A stretch of DNA of 41,265 bases from a virus (Duplodnaviria > Heunggongvirae > Uroviricota > Caudoviricetes). Below the pieces are notes generated by a model. It had not been told where the DNA came from. It did not search any database and saw only the letters and a program-made list of their open reading frames with translations. Positions 31,052-39,576 of the stretch are shown here, one piece after another. The stretch lies in IMG/VR virus record IMGVR_UViG_2521172717_000006; one strand, 5' to 3'. Position 1 is the stretch's first letter, and each line of letters begins with the position of its first letter. The position numbers and the translations under genes were made by a program.

Positions 31052-31330
31052 ATGAAGCCTAGCATAACAATCAAGCCAGCGAGAGATAATATCAGGAACC
31101 GCCGCAGAGAGGCCAGGAAGGCAGAAAGAGCAGAGAAGGAAAACAAGAGCCGGGAGGAGAGAAAGGCAGAGATTTTGGAAAAAGGAGGATTGGCTGCCGT
31201 GAGGGGTGAAAAAGCAGCTGAATTAGCAGTAGCTCACGAAAAGACAGAGATTGACAATAATTCTGGTGGAGATGCAATGTTTAAAGTTGTCAATCACGCC
31301 CATCAACGAAACCCCAAAAAGAAATGGTAA
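31052..31330 (+). CDS. Hypothetical highly charged protein, 92 aa
   Basis: K/R/E-rich helical-looking sequence; first gene after N. Confidence 0.5.
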   Translation: MKPSITIKPARDNIRNRRREARKAERAEKENKSREERKAEILEKGGLAAVRGEKAAELAVAHEKTEIDNNSGGDAMFKVVNHAHQRNPKKKW

Positions 31331-31333
31331 TCA

Positions 31334-31357
31334 ACCCGTCCAAGACGGGTTTTTTAT
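31334..31357 (+). terminator. Rho-independent terminator (tL1-like)
   Basis: ACCCGTC-caa-GACGGGT hairpin followed by TTTTTTAT. Confidence 0.6.
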
Positions 31358-31387
31358 TGCAAGCAAACCACTTATTTGAGATGAGAT

Positions 31388-31753
31388 ATGGAAGAACAAG
31401 CAAACAAGATTCTCGTAGAACTACTGCAAAAAGCCAGTAATGGAATAGACGCGGCTGTTTCATTTAGCCAGGCACAGATTCCTGATGTCATCCATCAGCT
31501 TTTGATGTGGCACGCCGTATCATCAGCTGGAATTCAGGCTATCTGTGTATTGGTGATTATAGCGTGTGTTTATCTGATGATTTTTGCATGGAATAAAGGA
31601 GATGATGCAGATATTGTTCTTTTATCACTACTTGTCACATCAGGAATAGAGATTACTTCTATTGTTGTTTTCTTCAATTATTTCGACTGGCTGAAAATTT
31701 GGCTTGCTCCAAAACTTTACCTTATCGAATATGCAGCATCATTGGTTAAGTAA
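31388..31753 (+). CDS. Small integral membrane protein (two predicted TM segments), 121 aa
   Basis: Hydrophobic stretches AGIQAICVLVIIACVYLMIFAW and IVLLSLLVTSGIEITSIVVFF; AT-rich; position of superinfection-exclusion genes in lambdoid phages. Confidence 0.6.
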   Translation: MEEQANKILVELLQKASNGIDAAVSFSQAQIPDVIHQLLMWHAVSSAGIQAICVLVIIACVYLMIFAWNKGDDADIVLLSLLVTSGIEITSIVVFFNYFDWLKIWLAPKLYLIEYAASLVK

Positions 31754-31757
31754 TCTC

Positions 31758-31785
31758 AGGCCGCATAGTCGGCCTTTATTTTTGG
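31758..31785 (+). terminator. Rho-independent terminator
   Basis: AGGCCG-catagt-CGGCCT hairpin followed by TTATTTTT. Confidence 0.55.
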
Positions 31786-31805
31786 CATAAACAACAGAGG
31801 CGAAG

Positions 31806-32135
31806 ATGAAAGAGTTTAATGGCACTCCTGGTAAATGGAGTTTTTCTCACAGCAGCGCAAGTGACGCAAGCGTAGCTTGCATAGAAATTAATTCATCTGA
31901 GTCACTGCATGAAATTGCATATCTCCAGAGCACTCCTTCAATAATTGGAGGATACAATCAGACTTCTTTCGATAAAACAATCGCTAATGCCCATCTAATA
32001 GCGGCAGCACCAGACCTTTTAAATGCCCTGCAAGCGATGCTAAACAAGGCATACAAGCAAAACTGGAACGACCATTATCCTGATGAAGTATCGAAAGCAC
32101 AGTCAGCAATTAGCAAAGCTCTTGGAGATGAGTAA
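31806..32135 (+). CDS. Hypothetical protein, 109 aa
   Basis: ATG with AGAGG RBS; AT-rich; no recognisable motif. Confidence 0.5.
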   Translation: MKEFNGTPGKWSFSHSSASDASVACIEINSSESLHEIAYLQSTPSIIGGYNQTSFDKTIANAHLIAAAPDLLNALQAMLNKAYKQNWNDHYPDEVSKAQSAISKALGDE

Positions 32136-32323
32136 TGAAAGTAAAAATAACTGCTTCCAATACCAGTTTTGTTAGTGTTGGTGATATTACAGAAGTAATA
32201 ACAAACCATGATGGAACACAAGTTATGTGGTCTGATTTTTGTAAAAGATATGAGCGAGTCACTTGGTGTAAACTCGTATGGGGAGTCGAATACGAAGAAT
32301 TACCTGAAATGCATGACGAATAA
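32135..32323 (+). CDS. Hypothetical protein, 62 aa, translationally coupled to upstream gene
   Basis: Start overlaps upstream stop (TAATG); Trp/Cys-containing small protein. Confidence 0.5.
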   Translation: MKVKITASNTSFVSVGDITEVITNHDGTQVMWSDFCKRYERVTWCKLVWGVEYEELPEMHDE

Positions 32324-32418
32324 GCACTGTGTATTCATTCCAACGAGTGAATACACGGAGCAATGTCGCTCGTAACTAAACAGGAGCCGACTTGTTCTGA
32401 TTATTGGAAATCTTCTTT

Positions 32419-32444
32419 GCCCTCCAGTGTGAGGGCCTTTTTAT
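32419..32444 (+). terminator. Rho-independent terminator
   Basis: GCCCTC-cagtgt-GAGGGC hairpin followed by CTTTTTAT. Confidence 0.5.
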
Positions 32445-32508
32445 ATGCATACCAATAACGCTTCACTTGAGGCGTTTTCGTTATGCAATCAAATAGAAGG
32501 AGCATCCT

Positions 32509-32679
32509 ATGCAACAGTTCGCTATTGCAGGGGCGGCATCGGTTCGCCCTTTCAACCCGATTTTATCGGTGCAGCATTCACGAAAAAACATTTTAACCGG
32601 AGCAGACTTTAAACAACCAAAAATGAAAAGTTTGCTCGAAAAGCTTTGGGATATTTTGAAACAACAAGGCCGTCCATGA
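32509..32679 (+). CDS. cIII: CIII-like protease inhibitor, 56 aa
   Basis: MQQFAIAG... and LLEKLWDILKQQGRP resemble remembered lambda CIII (MQYAIAG...LIDILNQPGVP); GAAGGAG RBS; not in ORF track (under 60 aa). Confidence 0.55.
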   Translation: MQQFAIAGAASVRPFNPILSVQHSRKNILTGADFKQPKMKSLLEKLWDILKQQGRP

Positions 32680-32834
32680 GTTTTACAGATAACTGGTCAG
32701 ACGAAGAATTCATTCGTCAGATGAAAGAATTAATCGGTAACGAAGGAGATATTCATGTCACTTGCAACCACAGTGAAGGAGAGCAAGTTACAGAGACGCA
32801 TGTACACGCAGAAAGCTCTCTGGTATCGCCATAA
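32676..32834 (+). CDS. Hypothetical acidic protein, 52 aa
   Basis: ATG overlapping cIII stop (ATGA); M11 of track ORF. Confidence 0.4.
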   Translation: MSFTDNWSDEEFIRQMKELIGNEGDIHVTCNHSEGEQVTETHVHAESSLVSP

Positions 32835-32933
32835 TGGTGACCGCGAAGGAATGCGGGTATGCCTTAATTTGTCCCGAGTCGAAGTATTAAATCAGCGTTA
32901 TTTCCTTGGGCCGTGTCCATTCTGAGGTGAATT

Positions 32934-33641
32934 ATGGATTTGAATAAATTCGATGAGCCATTCAGCCCTGAAGATATCGAATGGCGAATACAGCAAAGCG
33001 GTAAAACACGCGATGGCAAAGTGTGGGCTATGGTGCTGGCTTATGTCACGAACCGGGCAATCATGAAGCGCCTGGACGATGTTTGCGGCAAAGCAGGATG
33101 GCGCAATGAATACCGCGATATTCCCAACAACGGCGGCGTTGAATGCGGCATATCAATAAAGATTGATTCCGAATGGGTAACCAAATGGGATGCTGCTGAA
33201 AACACGCAGGTAGAAGCCGTCAAAGGTGGTCGTTCCGGTGCAATGAAGCGCGCTGCCGTTCAGTGGGGAATCGGTCGGTATCTGTATAACCTTGAGGAAG
33301 GTTTCGCACAAACATCTCTCGATAAAAAGCAGGGGTGGCACAGGGCAAAACTGAAGGATGGGACAGGATTTTACTGGCTCCCTCCATCGCTGCCGGGATG
33401 GGCAATCCCAGCATCAGATAACAAACCATCACCAGAAAATACCAACCAGAAATCTCCATCGGTTGACTGCGAACAAATCCTGAAAGACTTCAGCGATTAT
33501 GCAGCGACAGAAACTGACAAGAAAAAACTCATCGAGCGTTATCAGCATGACTGGCAATTAATGGCTGGAAACGAGGAGGCGCAGGCTAAATGCGTTCAGG
33601 TAATGAACATCAGAGTTAACGAGCTAAAACAGGCGGCATAA
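32934..33641 (+). CDS. Single-strand annealing recombinase (Rad52/Sak-like core; C-terminal region resembling P22 Erf C-terminus)
   Basis: AVQWGIGRYLYNL motif typical of Rad52-family annealases; C-terminal ...YAATETDKKKLIERYQHDWQL...CVQVMNIRVNELKQAA recalled as Erf-like; position upstream of ssb. Confidence 0.7.
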   Translation: MDLNKFDEPFSPEDIEWRIQQSGKTRDGKVWAMVLAYVTNRAIMKRLDDVCGKAGWRNEYRDIPNNGGVECGISIKIDSEWVTKWDAAENTQVEAVKGGRSGAMKRAAVQWGIGRYLYNLEEGFAQTSLDKKQGWHRAKLKDGTGFYWLPPSLPGWAIPASDNKPSPENTNQKSPSVDCEQILKDFSDYAATETDKKKLIERYQHDWQLMAGNEEAQAKCVQVMNIRVNELKQAA

Positions 33642-34157
33642 ATGGCAAGCAGAGGCGTAAATAAGGTGATCATTATTGGTCGCCTTGGGCATGATCCAGA
33701 AATCAGATATTCACCATCAGGAACGGCATTTGCAAACCTTACCGTTGCTACGTCAGAACAATGGCGTGATAAGAAAACTGGAGAGCAAAAGGAGCAGACG
33801 GAGTGGCACCGCGTGGTAATGAGCTGGAAACTGGCAGAAATTGCCAGCGAATATCTGCGAAAAGGCTCTGAGGTTTATCTTGAAGGCAAATTGCGGACAA
33901 GAAAATGGCAGGATCAAAGCGGACAGGATCGGTTCACTACCGAAGTCATCGTGGGCGTTGGTGGAACCATGCAAATGCTTGGTGGCAAGCAAGGAGGCAA
34001 TGAACAGTCTTCACCTCAGCGAAATAATGGTCAGCAACAAAGACAGCAACCTCAGCAGCAGGGAAATCACAGCGAACCACCTATGGATTTTGACGACGAT
34101 ATCCCCTTTGCACCAGTAACTCTCCCCTTCCCTCGTCACGCTATTCACGCAATTTAA
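33642..34157 (+). CDS. ssb: Single-stranded DNA-binding protein with C-terminal extension past the DDDIPF tip
   Basis: OB-fold N-terminus [41 protein letters not shown]; Gly/Gln-rich linker; acidic DFDDDIPF followed by 14 extra residues [15 protein letters not shown]. Confidence 0.9.
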   Translation: MASRGVNKVIIIGRLGHDPEIRYSPSGTAFANLTVATSEQWRDKKTGEQKEQTEWHRVVMSWKLAEIASEYLRKGSEVYLEGKLRTRKWQDQSGQDRFTTEVIVGVGGTMQMLGGKQGGNEQSSPQRNNGQQQRQQPQQQGNHSEPPMDFDDDIPFAPVTLPFPRHAIHAI

Positions 34158-34165
34158 GGACTTAC

Positions 34166-34714
34166 ATGAATCACTTGATGGTTGACCTTGAAACAATGGG
34201 CAACGGGCCATACGCGCCAGTTATTTCTATTGGGTCGGTATTCTTTGACCCGAATACCGGAGAAACAGGAGAAGAGTTCTCGGTAAATATCTCGCTTGAA
34301 TCATCAATGCGATATCGAGCGCGTCCTGACGCTTCAACGATTTTATGGTGGCTGGAACAGAGTGAAGAAGCCAGAAAATCGCTAACCAGCAACACTCAGG
34401 AGCTTTCAACGGCTCTTTCATGGTTATCTGAATTCATCATAAAGAACGCTAACCACAAATTCGTTCAGGTTTGGGGGAATGGAGCATCATTTGACTGCGT
34501 TATTCTCCGCAACAGTTATTCGCTGACAGGGCAGCCAGTTCCGTGGCAGTGGTGGAATGACCGCGACGTAAGAACAATCGTCGAGCTTGGAAAGGTAATA
34601 GGATTCGACCCTAAGCGAGATATGCCATTCAAAGGAACTCGCCACAACGCGCTTGATGATGCCATCCACCAAGCCAAATACGTTTCAGCGATCTGGAAAA
34701 AGTTAGCTAAATAA
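34166..34714 (+). CDS. DEDD-family 3'-5' exonuclease
   Basis: MVDLETMG (Exo I motif D-x-E) and C-terminal HNALDDA (Exo III) motifs. Confidence 0.7.
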   Translation: MNHLMVDLETMGNGPYAPVISIGSVFFDPNTGETGEEFSVNISLESSMRYRARPDASTILWWLEQSEEARKSLTSNTQELSTALSWLSEFIIKNANHKFVQVWGNGASFDCVILRNSYSLTGQPVPWQWWNDRDVRTIVELGKVIGFDPKRDMPFKGTRHNALDDAIHQAKYVSAIWKKLAK

Positions 34715-34730
34715 TCAACCGGAGAAAAAC

Positions 34731-35024
34731 ATGCCAGCGCCTTTGTATGGTGCGGATGACGCGCGCCGCTGTTCCGGCAATTCCGTATCGGAGGTGCTGG
34801 ATAAATTCAGAAAAAACTACGATCGGATAATGTCGCTACCGCAGGAAACGAAAGAGGAAAAGGAATTTCGCCATTGTATATGGCTTGCAGAGAAAGAAGA
34901 ACGCGAGCGAATTTACCAGACATCAATCCGACCATTCCGCAAAGCCACATATACCCACTTCCCTGAAATTGACCCGCGCCTGCGTAATTACCGCTCACGC
35001 TATGGCGCTATCAGTAATGACTGA
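34731..35024 (+). CDS. Hypothetical protein, 97 aa
   Basis: ATG with GGAGA RBS. Confidence 0.5.
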   Translation: MPAPLYGADDARRCSGNSVSEVLDKFRKNYDRIMSLPQETKEEKEFRHCIWLAEKEERERIYQTSIRPFRKATYTHFPEIDPRLRNYRSRYGAISND

Positions 35025-35034
35025 GGAATTTACC

Positions 35035-35199
35035 ATGAGAGGACTTGCATACAATCCCGGCATTCTTCCGGCAGAAATGATTATTCGCCAACGCGTAAAG
35101 CCAATGCCATCGAGAGAGGAATTGCTTAAGAGAAATTCTTTTCCATCAGTGAATCAAAACAAATATCTGAATGCGATGTTGCGGAGTGGGAAGAAATGA
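35035..35199 (+). CDS. Hypothetical protein, 54 aa
   Basis: ATG (M51 of track ORF) with GAGGAA RBS. Confidence 0.4.
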   Translation: MRGLAYNPGILPAEMIIRQRVKPMPSREELLKRNSFPSVNQNKYLNAMLRSGKK

Positions 35200-35714
35200 A
35201 ACAAATGTCACTAATTGAGATGGATGGTTTTCTGAAAGGTAAATGCATCCCACGAGATTTAAAGGTTAACGAAACAAACGCTGAATATCTGGTGCGTAAA
35301 TTTGCTGAAGCGGAGGCCAAGTGCGCGGCGCTAGCAGCGGAGAATGCGGGGCTGAAGTCTGGCGATATGGACGAAATCAATGTTATCAACCGTGGAGGGC
35401 AGGCATATTGCGTAAAAGATGGAGTGCAAGTTAATCCCATGTATGCAAGAGGGTGGAATGACTATCGCGCAAAGTCTCTGCAATCAGACACCCCAGCCAC
35501 CGATGCTTTCCTGGCTGAAGTCCGGGCGCAGGGGGTGGATGCTGCTATTGAAGCTGCAAAAAATCTGGTGGCCCAAGAATATGAGTGTAAGGATTTCAAA
35601 GCGGCGCAGAGTGATTGCTGTATGCACCCTGGTTCAGACCTGGTAGGGAAGGTTGAAATGACTGAGTGGTTAGTTGACTTTGCTGCCCAGCTTCGCAAAG
35701 GAGGCAGCCAGTGA
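35196..35714 (+). CDS. Hypothetical protein, 172 aa
   Basis: ATG overlapping upstream stop; no recognisable motif. Confidence 0.5.
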   Translation: MKQMSLIEMDGFLKGKCIPRDLKVNETNAEYLVRKFAEAEAKCAALAAENAGLKSGDMDEINVINRGGQAYCVKDGVQVNPMYARGWNDYRAKSLQSDTPATDAFLAEVRAQGVDAAIEAAKNLVAQEYECKDFKAAQSDCCMHPGSDLVGKVEMTEWLVDFAAQLRKGGSQ

Positions 35715-36355
35715 ATAACCGCTTTTACATGATGTGCTTGCGTGAAACTGTGGGTAATAACGCTTCATTCCATTGCCATAACGGCAATGGTTACAGTTCT
35801 AATATCGATCGCGCTCATGTTTACACGCTGGAAGAAGCCCAAAAAGCCTGGAATTGTGGTCGAGATATCGATCAGCCTGTTTGCGCTGATAGCGTGGATG
35901 CAATGGCTGTATGGCACGTTGATTGCCAGTACATCCCTACAGAAAGCCTGATTGAGTCAGATTGCACTGCGTATGTGGCCTACAAAAAAGGTAGCTGGAA
36001 CGGCAACGATGTTTACTGGCTTCAACACGGTGGATTGCCAACCGATGACTTCAGTAAAGCGACCATCTTTTGCGTCGCCAACAAAAACGAACCAGGAATA
36101 GTTTGGTTGCCATTTTCCATTGCTGATGCAGTAAAGCGCCGGACGTTCAATATCAATAACTTTAACCGCAGAACAATGGTTCAGGGCGCAGGTTTGGTCA
36201 TGCCTGACTGGTTGAAAAAGCAGAACAGAAGAAAGAAGTCGCGAAGCGGGAAGGTGCGTTGGAATTGTCCGCATTGCGGAAAAATCACCTGGCAGTACAG
36301 CCCATATGATTTTGAAGGCTGTAGTGATTACAACTGTGAAGGATGGCGAGAATGA
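35711..36355 (+). CDS. Hypothetical protein with C-terminal Cys-rich (zinc-ribbon-like) region, 214 aa
   Basis: GTG start after GGAGG RBS; C-terminus CPHCGKITW...CSDYNCEGW. Confidence 0.5.
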   Translation: MNNRFYMMCLRETVGNNASFHCHNGNGYSSNIDRAHVYTLEEAQKAWNCGRDIDQPVCADSVDAMAVWHVDCQYIPTESLIESDCTAYVAYKKGSWNGNDVYWLQHGGLPTDDFSKATIFCVANKNEPGIVWLPFSIADAVKRRTFNINNFNRRTMVQGAGLVMPDWLKKQNRRKKSRSGKVRWNCPHCGKITWQYSPYDFEGCSDYNCEGWRE

Positions 36356-36951
36356 CAATTGACTATCAGGCACTGCGTGAGGCAGCAGAACGTGCAATTC
36401 CAGCAATGGAACGCCTGTTAATGTTGCCAGTTGATGATGATTTGTTAAGTGAACAGGAACTTAAAGATTACGGTGTGGATATTGATGCGCTCAACGCCTT
36501 CAAATTTCTGACCGGACCAGAAACCGTGCTGGCACTACTGGATGAACGGGAAAGAAACCAGCAATACATCAAACGCCGCGACCAGGAGAACGAGGATATT
36601 GCGCTAACGGTAGGGAAGCTGCGTGTTGAGCTGGAAGGCAAAGACAAGCTGATTGCAGAGCTTGGAAAACAATGCGCCGAATGGGAGCGAAAAGCATTAA
36701 GCAACTTTGAAGAGTGTGCTGCGATGGCTGAACGTATCGAAGAGATGAGTAAGCAAAGTTGCGAAGCCCGGGAGCGTGATTTGTTTGAATCATGGGTAAT
36801 GCATTCAATTTGTATCTCCAAATCGACGCTTGAAGGATTGCGTACTGAAACTGGATACCGTAACGCAACCTTATCAGGCACAGACTTCAACCGAATGTGG
36901 AAACAATGGAAATCTATCCGCGCCGCTGGCATTCGCATTAAAGGAGAGTGA
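36352..36951 (+). CDS. Hypothetical coiled-coil protein (Ead/Ea22-like accessory protein)
   Basis: ATG overlapping upstream stop (ATGA); helical, charged sequence. Confidence 0.45.
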   Translation: MTIDYQALREAAERAIPAMERLLMLPVDDDLLSEQELKDYGVDIDALNAFKFLTGPETVLALLDERERNQQYIKRRDQENEDIALTVGKLRVELEGKDKLIAELGKQCAEWERKALSNFEECAAMAERIEEMSKQSCEARERDLFESWVMHSICISKSTLEGLRTETGYRNATLSGTDFNRMWKQWKSIRAAGIRIKGE

Positions 36952-36952
36952 T

Positions 36953-37642
36953 ATGACCACTTTCACCGACAAAGAACTGATTAAAGAAATCAAAGAGCGT
37001 ATCAGCAGCCTGGACGTTCGAGACAATATTGAACGCCGGGCTTATGAAATTGCACTGGCATCGCTGGAAGCAGATCCAGTTGCTTATATTTTCAAACATC
37101 CGGCCGGGAAATTATTCTGGGCTTTAACGGATGAAAGCAATAAAGAGCAACCGGACGTTATTCCTGTTTATGCTGCCGCGCCTGCGTCGGTTGTGCCGGA
37201 TAATGCATCAGAGCCTCTTGCTTATGCTTACAAAGAGCTTACGCCTGAGATTATGCGCAACCAGGCTGCCGAATCCAATCGCGGTAATGAGTGGACCGGC
37301 AATCCTGATATTGATAACGCCATCATCATGCTCGACCGCATAGATACGCTGGAAAATTGCGATGATGACCGTATTGAGGCTGTTAAGGCTGTTTTGCGTA
37401 GACTGGCTGGCAACTCTCCGGTAACTCCGGATGGTTGGATAAGCTGTAGTGAGCGAATGCCGGATGACGGTCAGCACGTAATTATTTTATGTGATGGCGC
37501 ATTCGTTCTTTATGCGCAATATCGAGACGGTGAGTTTTTTGATGTAGTCCGTGATGGTGATGAATTTTTCGAAACACAGAGCCGCAATGTAACCGACTGG
37601 ATGCCGCTACCGGAACCGCCGCAGGGGGTTAACCGTGGCTAA
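36953..37642 (+). CDS. Hypothetical protein with DUF551-like C-terminal domain
   Basis: C-terminal DGWISCSERMPDDGQHVII...WMPLPEPP resembles the DUF551 pattern common in phage accessory proteins; start at M42 of track ORF with GGAGAG RBS. Confidence 0.5.
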   Translation: MTTFTDKELIKEIKERISSLDVRDNIERRAYEIALASLEADPVAYIFKHPAGKLFWALTDESNKEQPDVIPVYAAAPASVVPDNASEPLAYAYKELTPEIMRNQAAESNRGNEWTGNPDIDNAIIMLDRIDTLENCDDDRIEAVKAVLRRLAGNSPVTPDGWISCSERMPDDGQHVIILCDGAFVLYAQYRDGEFFDVVRDGDEFFETQSRNVTDWMPLPEPPQGVNRG

Positions 37643-37919
37643 CCTGCAACTTGCCGTCAAAGGTGAATACTTCGATGCCATAATTCGCGGGGAGAAAACG
37701 GAAGAGTATCGCCTGTGTAATGACTACTGGAATAAGCGCCTCGTTAACCGTAAGTATGACCGCCTGATTATCACAAGGGGATATCCGAAGCGCGACGACT
37801 CCAGTCGCAGAATTAACGTCCCGTATGACGGATATGAAATCAAGACAATCACACATCCGCACTTCGGCGATAAACCGGTAAAGGTGTTCGCGATAAAGGT
37901 GAATATCGGCAATGAATGA
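37635..37919 (+). CDS. ASCH/PUA-like domain protein, 94 aa
   Basis: GEYFDAIIRGEKTEEYR fits the ASCH GxKxxExR motif; GTG start. Confidence 0.45.
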   Translation: MANLQLAVKGEYFDAIIRGEKTEEYRLCNDYWNKRLVNRKYDRLIITRGYPKRDDSSRRINVPYDGYEIKTITHPHFGDKPVKVFAIKVNIGNE

Positions 37920-37961
37920 CAATCCTCGCACTCGCGGGGATTTCTTTTATATGGGGATAAT

Positions 37962-38762
37962 ATGACCATCCACTTTCACGGCAGCCCAATATGGGGGGAT
38001 GAGCATGCCCCTACAGATATGCTGATTAAAGCCCTTTACCGTGATGGTGGGGCTTTTGTTTCATTTGCCAGACCAGAGCAGATGAAAAAGATTGCCATGT
38101 TCCCTTGTGATATACGCCTTGATAACGGTGCTTTTAGCGACTGGATGAAAGCATTAAAGAAAGGCACTCCGGTAGACTGGAGTAAGAGACGAGCAAAATT
38201 CTACGACTTTGTTGGGAAGTGGTTCAGCAGAATTGAATGGTTTCTTATACCTGACGTTATCGAAGGGACAGAGGCAGAAAACGACGAGCAGATTGAGTTG
38301 GTTCCTGATTGGCTAAAATCAAAAGCGGTTCCGGTCTGGCATACCGACGAATCAATTGAACGTCTTTTACGCCTTTCTGGCAAATTTAAATGGGTGGCGA
38401 TTGGATGCTGCGGCCCACACAGGCACATACGCTCTAAATGGTGGGAACAGAGAATGGATGAAGTTTTCACTGAGCTTTATATCAATCGTAATTTGAAAGT
38501 GAAAATTCATGGTCTTCGAATGCTCGACGTGAGAGTTCTTGGTATGTATCCGTTCGCCAGTGCGGATTCTACTAATGTTGCTGTTAACGTACCGAAGACA
38601 GAGAAGCGATTTCCTGAGATTACCGACAAACTGGCACGTACAGCTGTACTTCGCGCAGCTATTGAAAAGGTGCACCCACCATCGATATCAGCATGGGTAG
38701 ACAGAAAGATGAGAGAGCCGGCGCAAGCCGGTTTTTTATTTGAATTCACCGACGCCGCTTAA
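37962..38762 (+). CDS. Hypothetical protein, 266 aa (function not recognised)
   Basis: ATG with RBS; conserved-looking Trp/His/Cys positions (IGCCGPHRH) but no family assignable by eye. Confidence 0.5.
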   Translation: MTIHFHGSPIWGDEHAPTDMLIKALYRDGGAFVSFARPEQMKKIAMFPCDIRLDNGAFSDWMKALKKGTPVDWSKRRAKFYDFVGKWFSRIEWFLIPDVIEGTEAENDEQIELVPDWLKSKAVPVWHTDESIERLLRLSGKFKWVAIGCCGPHRHIRSKWWEQRMDEVFTELYINRNLKVKIHGLRMLDVRVLGMYPFASADSTNVAVNVPKTEKRFPEITDKLARTAVLRAAIEKVHPPSISAWVDRKMREPAQAGFLFEFTDAA

Positions 38763-38819
38763 TGCGGGTTTCTTTTATCTGAACTCGCTACGGCGAGTTT
38801 TGTTTTATGGAGACAAGAA

Positions 38820-39164
38820 ATGTCAGATTTGGCTATGAAGATTTTGAAATGGCAATCGACTGGCGATGTCGGCATCAGTAGCGCAACTCTTGCATCGATC
38901 GCATGTGGACTGAAAAAGAATATCTATGGTCATTACTTCGGCGCTCCACATGACGCAGCAGACTTCCGGCGATGCGTTACACTTGTCGAGCAGATTCCAG
39001 AAATCAGAGATTCATTCGACAAGGTTGCAAAGCGCGCTCCGGCATTCAAAGGAATCCTCAACGAATGGGATTCTCTCGTTGCTCTGTTGAAGTCTGAAAT
39101 GAAGATACACGGAAACAAAGCACCAGAGACTTACAGAAGAATCAGCGAGCTACGCAATGACTAA
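38820..39164 (+). CDS. Hypothetical protein, 114 aa
   Basis: ATG with GGAGA RBS; last gene of pL operon before terminators. Confidence 0.5.
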   Translation: MSDLAMKILKWQSTGDVGISSATLASIACGLKKNIYGHYFGAPHDAADFRRCVTLVEQIPEIRDSFDKVAKRAPAFKGILNEWDSLVALLKSEMKIHGNKAPETYRRISELRND

Positions 39165-39167
39165 CCC

Positions 39168-39197
39168 GCCTCACACTCGATGAGGCATTTTCATTTA
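39168..39197 (+). terminator. Putative rho-independent terminator
   Basis: GCCTCA-cactcga-TGAGGC hairpin followed by T-rich ATTTTCATTTAT. Confidence 0.4.
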
Positions 39198-39221
39198 TCA
39201 AGATATCCAGACCTACCATCG

Positions 39222-39242
39222 CCGCATCAATGCGGTTTTTTT
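39222..39242 (+). terminator. Rho-independent terminator upstream of excisionase gene
   Basis: CCGCA-tcaa-TGCGG hairpin followed by seven T. Confidence 0.6.
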
Positions 39243-39252
39243 ATTACCTGAT

Positions 39253-39268
39253 TTGCAGGTTCGATTCC
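39253..39268 (+). other. tRNA T-arm-like fragment TTGCAGGTTCGATTCC in excisionase promoter region
   Basis: 16-nt match to the canonical GGTTCGATTCC T-loop context (as recalled for argW). Confidence 0.45.
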
Positions 39269-39287
39269 CTATTCGGAGATAGCACTC

Positions 39288-39488
39288 ATGCAACACGAAC
39301 TACAGCCTGATTCCCTGGTTGATTTGAAATTCATCATGGCTGATACTGGCTTCGGTAAAACCTTCATCTATGACCGGATTAAGTCCGGCGACCTGCCAAA
39401 AGCCAAAGTTATCCACGGGCGAGCAAGATGGTTATATCGTGACCATTGTGAATTCAAAAATAAGCTCTTAAGCCGCGCTAATGGGTAA
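39288..39488 (+). CDS. torI: Excisionase / recombination directionality factor, TorI-type (66 aa)
   Basis: Sequence MQHELQPDSLVDLKFIMADTGFGKTFIYDRIKSGDLPKAKVIHGRARWLYRDHCEFKNKLLSRANG recognised as TorI/AlpA-family winged-helix Xis. Confidence 0.9.
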   Translation: MQHELQPDSLVDLKFIMADTGFGKTFIYDRIKSGDLPKAKVIHGRARWLYRDHCEFKNKLLSRANG

Positions 39489-39561
39489 ATTAGCGGGTAA
39501 AATATTTCTCACATCTAAAAAATACCATTCTAATCAATCCCCTGCTGCCTCAAGTAGATGT

Positions 39562-39576
39562 CTGCAGGGGACACCA
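39562..39576 (+). other. Probable attR core: tRNA 3' acceptor end CTGCAGGGGACACCA
   Basis: 15-nt sequence ending in the characteristic ...GGGGACACCA tRNA 3' end, about 75 bp downstream of excisionase gene. Confidence 0.55.

Noticed and set aside
39253-39576. Possible complete tRNA gene near the excisionase
   Set aside because: Only two short fragments (T-arm-like 16-mer and acceptor 3' 15-mer) are present, separated by the torI gene; no anticodon stem-loop or D-arm could be assembled, so these are att-derived fragments rather than a tRNA gene.
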